Below the pieces are notes generated by a model. It was not told where the DNA came from. It saw only the letters and a list, made by a program, of their open reading frames with translations, and did no database searches. Below, piece by piece: positions 57,662-64,000 of a stretch of DNA of 64,000 nucleotides. Within the stretch, counting starts at the first letter, position 1. Every line of letters begins with the position of its first letter. The stretch lies in contig DKIV01000043.1 of NCBI GenBank assembly GCA_002454425.1, forward strand, positions 69,364 to 133,363. The letters are read 5' to 3'. A program made the translations under genes and the position numbers. The stretch is from Sphingobacteriaceae bacterium UBA6709 (GTDB taxonomy: Bacteria > Bacteroidota > Bacteroidia > Sphingobacteriales > Sphingobacteriaceae).

Positions 57662-58984
57662 ATGATGAGTACTAAGAGTACGATTAGAGGTAAGACTCTA
57701 AAAAATTTTTTATCACTTTCTTTAGTTCAATTCGCCAACTACGTCCTGCCTGTGATAACATTGCCTATTATTTCTCGTATAATAGGCCCTGAAAAGTTTG
57801 GAGTTATTAACTATATCTATGCATTTATTGGCTATTTTGTTCTGTTTATTAGCTATGGATTTGATTTTTATGGAACTAGATATGTGGCAAATAATCAGTT
57901 TAGTAAAGAATCAATTAATAAGGTTTTCTCTACTATTCTATATTGTAGAGTGCTTCTCTTATTAGCAACATCTATATTGTTTTTCGTTTGTGTATCATTT
58001 ATTCCTCAGCTTCGAAGTGAAAAACTCGCTTCCCTCTTATCTTTTCTCTTGTGTATAGGATATGCATTGAATACTAATTGGGTATACAATGGTATGCAGG
58101 ATGCTAGAAATATTGGTATATTCAATTTTGTATCCAAGCTCTTATTTTCAGTTTTGATTATAATATTGATAAAGACACAATCAGATTATATTTATCATCC
58201 GCTTTCAACTAGTATAGCTCAAATATTAGTTTCTTTAGTTTCCTTGTGGTATGCAATTAAAAAGTATAAGCTTTCTTTTGTAGCTGTTTCGTTCAAAGAG
58301 ATACAGCTTCTTCTTAAAGAGAATGGTACCCTTTCGCTAACTTCGTGGATCACAAGTTTAGCCGTGACCAGTAATATTGTCGTAGCAGGATCTATGGCCA
58401 GTGCTCATGATGTTGGAGTATATACTTCTGCTTTACGCATAATCACAATTTTACAAAGTTTATATGCAGTCCCGTTAAATACAGTCCTCTTTCCCTTAGT
58501 AAGTAAGTCTTTTTCGGAGGACTTAAGAAAAGGATATGAAGTGCTTCGTAAGATTTTGCCTATAATAGCTATAGCATCAATTATGTTCTCTGTAGTTACT
58601 TTCTTGATGGCGGATTTAGTTATCAATAAGTTTTATGGATCTCAGTTTGTCGGAGGTGTTTCCTTATTACGTATATTATCTATTGTGCTGTTTTTTTCGA
58701 CCTTAAATAACACATTTGGAATGCAGGTACTTTTAAATATTAAACGAGATAAAGTATATCTGAAATTTATAAGTATTGGGTTTGTGTTGAATATAGTGCT
58801 TATTGTAGCATTGTCTAATTTATTTGGAATAACGGGTGCAGCCTACGCTTGGCCATTATCTGAATTCGTCATGTTTTCAATTTTCATTTTTTATTTTCTT
58901 CATAATAACATCCCACTGATTTCTCAGAAATATTTTACTCCCAGTTTTATTGGAAAAACAATTGTTGAATTTATTAAAAAGTAA
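57662..58984 (+). CDS. wzx: Oligosaccharide flippase (Wzx, MOP superfamily)
   Basis: 440 aa with about 12-14 TM helices. N-terminal LSLSLVQFANYVLPVITLPIISRIIGPEKFG is typical of this family. Confidence 0.8.
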   Translation: MMSTKSTIRGKTLKNFLSLSLVQFANYVLPVITLPIISRIIGPEKFGVINYIYAFIGYFVLFISYGFDFYGTRYVANNQFSKESINKVFSTILYCRVLLLLATSILFFVCVSFIPQLRSEKLASLLSFLLCIGYALNTNWVYNGMQDARNIGIFNFVSKLLFSVLIIILIKTQSDYIYHPLSTSIAQILVSLVSLWYAIKKYKLSFVAVSFKEIQLLLKENGTLSLTSWITSLAVTSNIVVAGSMASAHDVGVYTSALRIITILQSLYAVPLNTVLFPLVSKSFSEDLRKGYEVLRKILPIIAIASIMFSVVTFLMADLVINKFYGSQFVGGVSLLRILSIVLFFSTLNNTFGMQVLLNIKRDKVYLKFISIGFVLNIVLIVALSNLFGITGAAYAWPLSEFVMFSIFIFYFLHNNIPLISQKYFTPSFIGKTIVEFIKK

Positions 58985-58999
58985 CATCCAGAAAATATT

Positions 59000-60199
59000 A
59001 TGAAGGAGAAGGGGTTGACTAATTTTGTGCTTGGCGAGTTTCAGTTATTGATGTTAATTTTTCCATTCACATCGTTTTTTACATTATTCAAACTTGAATT
59101 TCTCGGGGGATTGACTTATACGTTAAACGTAGTTTTGTCATTCTTTTCGCTTGCATATTTAATTAAGAAGAAAGCAACCATCGAATTTGCAGACAATAGA
59201 GCACTTATGTTAACAATAGCGTTGTTTTGTTTTTCTTTTCTATGGGTGGATGGTCCGATGTTTAACCTTTCGGCCCTTTCTATTGTTCGGTGTGTTTTAG
59301 TTTTGCTCCAGATTTTTGTGGTAGTACAAGTTCTTCAAAAAGATTTTTCTTTACTGCAAATATTAAAAAACCAAATGGTTACTATATGTCTGGTCAATTT
59401 TGTATTACTGATTCTTCTTCCTCGTCCTATGGTGTTGAATGCATTAGGTGACAGGGTTCAAGGAATTTTTTCGTCTCCTAATAACTTGGGACAATTTGTT
59501 TCCGTGACATTTTTGTTAGTTTGTTTTTATAATGGATCTCAATGGAATAGATTTACTTTTGTACTGATTCTTTCTCTATTATATCAAATATATCTAAGTG
59601 ATAGTATGACATCTTTTGTTGGTGCAATTCTGATTTTTTCACTTGAACGTTTTGATTTAAGAAGGAAATATATTTTCAACTTCTTTATCATTTTGGGCGT
59701 TATGTTGCCACTTGTTGTTGGTCTTGGAGATTTCTCTTCAGGAGACAAGATTGGAGCAATCAATCGTGATTTGACCTTCACGGGCAGGTCAGAAATATGG
59801 CGTTTAATTTTTGTGGACTTAGTTCAGTTTGGCAAGCTTTTTTGGGGATTTGGCGCGGGAGGCTATTGGGATAATAATCCAGATGTGGTGTCAAGATTAA
59901 ATATTAGAACAGTATTTAATGAAGATATCCAGCAAAGTCATAACGGCTATGTTGAAATAATTCTTATAATAGGGATTTTTGGACTTACTTTGTTTTTAAC
60001 TTTTTTGCATAGACTAACAAGAGAAGTAATGAAATTGCCAGCACAGCTCCGCGCTGTACCTTGTATTGTGCTTTTCATTATTATAAATAATATTACAGAG
60101 GCTAGTTATTTTAAAGAGAAAAATGTAATGTTCGTTATTATTATGCTTTGCTATTGGGTCTCTATTGATTTTAATAAAAAAATACTTCGTAATTCTTGA
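59000..60199 (+). CDS. O-antigen ligase/polymerase-like membrane protein (Wzy-like)
   Basis: 399 aa and polytopic, with one larger loop containing GRSEIWRL ... QSHNGYVEI, as in the Wzy_C family. Confidence 0.65.
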   Translation: MKEKGLTNFVLGEFQLLMLIFPFTSFFTLFKLEFLGGLTYTLNVVLSFFSLAYLIKKKATIEFADNRALMLTIALFCFSFLWVDGPMFNLSALSIVRCVLVLLQIFVVVQVLQKDFSLLQILKNQMVTICLVNFVLLILLPRPMVLNALGDRVQGIFSSPNNLGQFVSVTFLLVCFYNGSQWNRFTFVLILSLLYQIYLSDSMTSFVGAILIFSLERFDLRRKYIFNFFIILGVMLPLVVGLGDFSSGDKIGAINRDLTFTGRSEIWRLIFVDLVQFGKLFWGFGAGGYWDNNPDVVSRLNIRTVFNEDIQQSHNGYVEIILIIGIFGLTLFLTFLHRLTREVMKLPAQLRAVPCIVLFIIINNITEASYFKEKNVMFVIIMLCYWVSIDFNKKILRNS

Positions 60200-60232
60200 A
60201 ATCATGATAGAAGCATTTAAAGATCATAACAT

Positions 60233-61027
60233 ATGAGTATAAGAAAGTTGACTGTTTGTCCGCAGGGAGGGCTGGGAAATCGAATACGTGTAATGAATTC
60301 TGCTTATGAGTTTGCGAGAATCAATGGGCTTCGTTTAAATATCCTTTGGATTCAAGATTGGGGCCTAAAATGTAGTTATGACGAACTGTTCATGAGAACT
60401 GAGCTTCATGACGTTCGTGAAGTATCTAAGTTGGCCTCATATTTTTTTAAAACGGTTAATTTTCTTCTTAAAAAGATTGTGCCGTTAAGGGGCATAGCTA
60501 GCAAAATGTTTGGATATGAGTACGAAATTTCATCTATTTTGCACATAACCAAACCTAGAGCAAATCGTTTCGTTTGGACATGTCATCGGTTTTTCGACTA
60601 TAGCAGTAACTATCTTAAGTTTAACTCTCGAATAGAAAGAGAAGCTCAATCGTTTTTTGAAGATATTTATGATAGTGTATATGGTATACATATTAGAATG
60701 ACAGATAACTCGAATGCAAAGGCGCTTAGTCCTCCGAAACTATTTGAAGAAAAAATGACTAGTCTTCTGTTGCAGAATCCTAATTGCAAATTTTTAGTTT
60801 GCACGGATGATCTTACGGTAAAAAAAGAATTGAAAATTAAGTTTCCCAATTCGGTTATAACAAGGGATGTGCCATTAGAACGAGATTCGGCTAAAGGTAT
60901 AATTAACGCTGCAATTGATATGGCATGTTTATCTCGAACCGATATGATTTACTGTTCGTTTTATAGTTCATTTTCGGAGGTGGCATCTGAAATTGGAAAT
61001 ATTGATCGTATTGTTTTAAAGATGTAA
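60233..61027 (+). CDS. Putative glycosyltransferase, fucosyltransferase-superfamily-like
   Basis: N-terminal QGGLGNRI and central YGIHIRMTDN resemble the GGLGN and HxRxxD motifs of GT11/NodZ-type enzymes. The assignment is tentative. Confidence 0.45.
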   Translation: MSIRKLTVCPQGGLGNRIRVMNSAYEFARINGLRLNILWIQDWGLKCSYDELFMRTELHDVREVSKLASYFFKTVNFLLKKIVPLRGIASKMFGYEYEISSILHITKPRANRFVWTCHRFFDYSSNYLKFNSRIEREAQSFFEDIYDSVYGIHIRMTDNSNAKALSPPKLFEEKMTSLLLQNPNCKFLVCTDDLTVKKELKIKFPNSVITRDVPLERDSAKGIINAAIDMACLSRTDMIYCSFYSSFSEVASEIGNIDRIVLKM

Positions 61028-61030
61028 TTC

Positions 61031-62038
61031 ATGAAGAGACGAATTTACTTATATCCTTTTGATCTTCTTTCAGAACAAGGAGGTGGGAACCCTTATTTAT
61101 TTGATTTGAAAGATTCTTTAGAACTTTGGTTTGCGATTTCTAATCTCGATATGAAACGTAATTTTGGAGTTATCGGTCTGATAAAAGCTATATCCAAAAC
61201 TGATATTTTCGTTTTGAATTGGATAGAAAATATTGTGGACCGGCGCTTTGGTTCGGTTCAGTATTTTATGTTTTTTATATTTCTACTGTTATGTAGATTA
61301 AGAAAGAAAAAGTTGATTTGGACCCTACATAATAAGTATTCTCATAATAAAAATAATTTAGAAAAAAAGAAGAAGATTATAAAAATTATGGCAAAAAATG
61401 CGGATATGATTATAACGCATAGTCAAGAAGGTGTTGAGTTTTTAAAAAAATACGGGCGAAATCACAATGTTTTTTTCTTTCCACATCCGATCTCTAATTC
61501 TTCTAAAATTATAAAATCAAGTTTGACTCCTTTATATGATTTTATAATTTGGGGCGCAATTTCACCATATAAAGGTATTTTAGAATTTATAAGATTTTTA
61601 AGAAGCTCCTCATTGGCCTCTTTTAAAGTGATTGTAGCTGGAGAATGCAAAGATTTAGTGTATTCTGCTGAATTGATGCATGAGATCTCCAATTTGCCAA
61701 ATATAGAATGGTTTAATAAACGCCCTTCCGATGAAGAACTTAATAATCTTTTTTCATTATCAAGATGTATACTTTTTACATATCATTCAGAATCTATTCT
61801 TAGTTCCGCTAGCCTAATTCGCTCTCTTAACTCAAATTGCAATATTATTGGCCCGAATGTTGGATCATTTTTGGATCTTCAGGAAATGGGAATAATAAAG
61901 GTGTATTCTTCATTCAATGATATTAGAAATTTAGTTGATTTTTCTGATGTGGAGGCTGAAAGCCGTTCGAGTTATTTCTTGAAATATTCGTGGGAGGCAT
62001 TTGGTTCATGGTTTCACAAGGTTATCGATAAATTGTAG
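61031..62038 (+). CDS. Putative GT-B glycosyltransferase
   Basis: 335 aa. WGAISPYKGILEFIRFL resembles the GT4/GT1 C-terminal domain entry. Context is the EPS locus. Weak. Confidence 0.45.
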   Translation: MKRRIYLYPFDLLSEQGGGNPYLFDLKDSLELWFAISNLDMKRNFGVIGLIKAISKTDIFVLNWIENIVDRRFGSVQYFMFFIFLLLCRLRKKKLIWTLHNKYSHNKNNLEKKKKIIKIMAKNADMIITHSQEGVEFLKKYGRNHNVFFFPHPISNSSKIIKSSLTPLYDFIIWGAISPYKGILEFIRFLRSSSLASFKVIVAGECKDLVYSAELMHEISNLPNIEWFNKRPSDEELNNLFSLSRCILFTYHSESILSSASLIRSLNSNCNIIGPNVGSFLDLQEMGIIKVYSSFNDIRNLVDFSDVEAESRSSYFLKYSWEAFGSWFHKVIDKL

Positions 62039-62058
62039 TTTAATTAAATTAAAAATTC

Positions 62059-62982
62059 ATGGAAAGTAAACAAGAGAGGCCCTTAGCTCCGGTAGTTCTT
62101 TTTGTCTACAATAGGTTAGATACCTTAATATCAACAGTTGAGTCTCTGCAAGAATGCCGTTTGGCACATGAAACTGATTTGATAATTTTTTCGGATGCTC
62201 ATAAACACGAAAAGGATGTAGTTGACGTCTCAAATGTGAGGAAATTTGTAGCGGAGATACAAGGATTCAAGTCGTTAAAAGTTTTTGAAGCTTCGGAGAA
62301 TAAAGGCTTGGCTGGTTCAATAATTTCTGGCGTTACTAAGATTTTTGATGATTATGAGTCTGTAATTGTTATGGAGGATGATTTAAGAGTGTCTCCTAAC
62401 TTCCTCACTTATATGAATGAGGCATTGGAGTTTTACAAAGACGATAAACAAGTGTTTTCAGTTTCTGGGTACATTTTTAAGATGAAGATTCCACTTAATT
62501 ATAACTACGATGTCTTTTTCACTCAACGGCATTGTTCTTGGGGTTGGGGCATGTGGAAAGATCGCTGGATTGATATTGATTGGGCTGTTTCAGATTATGA
62601 AGAGTTTTCAAAATCGAAGAAAAAAATCCGGAAATTCAATGAGATAGGGAGTGACCTTTTCAGTTCGTTACAGAAGCAAAGCAGGGGATTGATTAATTCA
62701 TGGGCAATACGTTGTAACTATCATCAGTTCAAGAAGCAAACTGTTACAGTTTACCCCACAGTCACTAAATTGACAAATCTAGGCTTTGGAGAACAAGCGA
62801 CTCATACTAATCAACGGTATAATAAATATAAAGTTGTAATGGAAGAGTCTCCTAAATATAGTTTCAATTTTCCCAAAGAAGTTACACTTAACAACCAGTT
62901 AATTTCCCGTTATCGGTTTAAGTTTAATCGAAGAGTTAGACTTTACTACTATATTCTAAATAAGTTATTTTCATGGATTTAA
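62059..62982 (+). CDS. GT-A glycosyltransferase, GnT-I (GT13)-like
   Basis: VVLFVYNRLDTLISTVESL and VIVMEDDLRVSPNFL resemble the GnT-I-type N-terminal strand and EDD motif. Confidence 0.6.
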   Translation: MESKQERPLAPVVLFVYNRLDTLISTVESLQECRLAHETDLIIFSDAHKHEKDVVDVSNVRKFVAEIQGFKSLKVFEASENKGLAGSIISGVTKIFDDYESVIVMEDDLRVSPNFLTYMNEALEFYKDDKQVFSVSGYIFKMKIPLNYNYDVFFTQRHCSWGWGMWKDRWIDIDWAVSDYEEFSKSKKKIRKFNEIGSDLFSSLQKQSRGLINSWAIRCNYHQFKKQTVTVYPTVTKLTNLGFGEQATHTNQRYNKYKVVMEESPKYSFNFPKEVTLNNQLISRYRFKFNRRVRLYYYILNKLFSWI

Positions 62983-63455
62983 AACGAGATTGGTATCGAA
63001 ATGACGGTAATTTAAAGGGAAAGATTATTTTATTTCTCTTTCGGTTCGCACATGTTGCTAGTCGTAATAAGGTTGTATTTTTTTTAATGATCCCATACTT
63101 GGTGTTCTACAGAGTTTTTGTCGAGTGGTTGTTGGGAATAGAAGTACCGTACAAAACGTGTATCGGTCCTGGTTTCGTGATATATCACGGTCAATCCTTG
63201 GTTATTAACGATGGTGTAACAATTGGATTAGATTGCACTGTGCGACATTGTACAACGATTGGGCATAAGGAGTTAGCAGATGGTTCTTTTTCAACTTGTC
63301 CTAAAATTGGAAATCATGTGGACATCGGCGCAAACGTTTGTATTATCGGTCCCATTAAAATAGGAGATAACGTTAAAATCGGCGCAGGCGCAGTAGTTGT
63401 CAAGGATGTTCCTGCAAATTCGGTCGTTGTTGGAAATCCCGCTAGAATACTTTAA
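62973..63455 (+). CDS. Hexapeptide-repeat O-acetyltransferase (CysE/WcaB-like)
   Basis: IGNHVDIGANVCIIGPIKIGDNVKIGAGAVVVKDVPANSVVVGNPARIL. Overlaps the upstream gene by 10 nt. Confidence 0.8.
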   Translation: MDLKRDWYRNDGNLKGKIILFLFRFAHVASRNKVVFFLMIPYLVFYRVFVEWLLGIEVPYKTCIGPGFVIYHGQSLVINDGVTIGLDCTVRHCTTIGHKELADGSFSTCPKIGNHVDIGANVCIIGPIKIGDNVKIGAGAVVVKDVPANSVVVGNPARIL

Positions 63456-63468
63456 TAATAAATAATTT

Positions 63469-64000
63469 ATGCGCATCCTTATAATTCATAACTTCTACAA
63501 TGAGGCGGGGGGGGAAGACCAAGTTTTTAAAAATGAATTTAATCTTTTAAGAAGAGAATATGATGTTGATTCCCTGACTTTTACTAACGCAAGGTCTAGA
63601 TTTAGGACTTTATTAAATATCTTGTTTATGCCCTTAAATCTTTTTAGTTTAATTCGTGTTATTAGCAAAATAAAAAAATTTAAGCCAGATGTAGTGCATG
63701 TTCACAATTTTCATTATGAAGCTTCTCCGTCAATCTTTCTAGCAGCCCAATTACTGAAGGTACCGGTAGTGCACACATTGCACAACTATAGGTTGATCTG
63801 TCCCTCTGCAACGCTTTATACGAGTAGTAGAGGACTTTATTTTGATTCGTTACAAAGGACGTTTCCATTCAATGCTGTAATAGATAAGGTCTATAAGGGA
63901 TCTTCATTACTTACCTTTTGGTTGGCGTTTACTGTATGGTTTCATAAAACTATAGGGACCTGGAATCGTATTAATACTTATATAACACTGACAGAAACCG
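63469..64000 (+). CDS. GT4-family glycosyltransferase, N-terminal part (runs off the right edge)
   Basis: Hand translation from ATG 63469 gives MRILIIHNFYNEAGGEDQVFKNEF ... KPDVVHVHNFHYEASPSIF ... VPVVHTLHNYRLICP. No stop before the window ends. Confidence 0.75.
   Translation, partial: MRILIIHNFYNEAGGEDQVFKNEFNLLRREYDVDSLTFTNARSRFRTLLNILFMPLNLFSLIRVISKIKKFKPDVVHVHNFHYEASPSIFLAAQLLKVPVVHTLHNYRLICPSATLYTSSRGLYFDSLQRTFPFNAVIDKVYKGSSLLTFWLAFTVWFHKTIGTWNRINTYITLTET

Overview
The window looks like a Bacteroidota chromosome, probably Sphingobacteriia-like. Support: PorT (type IX secretion), a SusC/SusD pair, TAnnTTTG-type promoter boxes close to start codons, and almost no Shine-Dalgarno sequences. 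All calls come from reading the ORF translations and the DNA by eye. No homology search was run, so family names rest on recognised motifs.

Layout:
- (i) 1-30 kb, housekeeping and envelope genes: Nudix fragment, ubiE-porT, SDR, YqeY, nadK, the uppS-bamA-skp-skp cluster, an OmpA-like lipoprotein, AsmA-like protein, lspA, GH29, Crp/Fnr, an RRM protein, a ClC channel, a ModF-like ATPase plus phosphoesterase, and TrmH.
- (ii) 30.5-52.1 kb, visibly GC-richer sugar-utilisation block: galK, LacI, divergent xylB-xylA, then a LacI-associated alpha-mannoside PUL (GH125, LacI, GH92, ROK kinase, GH92, susC, susD) with kup inserted in it.
- (iii) 52.1-53.7 kb, almost ORF-free spacer holding hairpin-rich sequence, one 63-aa four-Cys ORF with its own strong terminator, and a 9-nt tandem repeat.
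- (iv) 53.7-64 kb, markedly AT-rich Wzx/Wzy-type exopolysaccharide locus: GT26, Wza, Wzc, Wzx, Wzy-like, four glycosyltransferases and an acetyltransferase. It runs off the window.

I found no rRNA, tRNA, CRISPR array, transposase, integrase or recognisable defence system.

The most interesting unexplained items are the translationally overlapping short HipA-like kinase + DUF3037 pair (14.17-15.33 kb) and the 1.6-kb spacer at the PUL/EPS compositional boundary. Neither is demonstrably a novel system from sequence alone.
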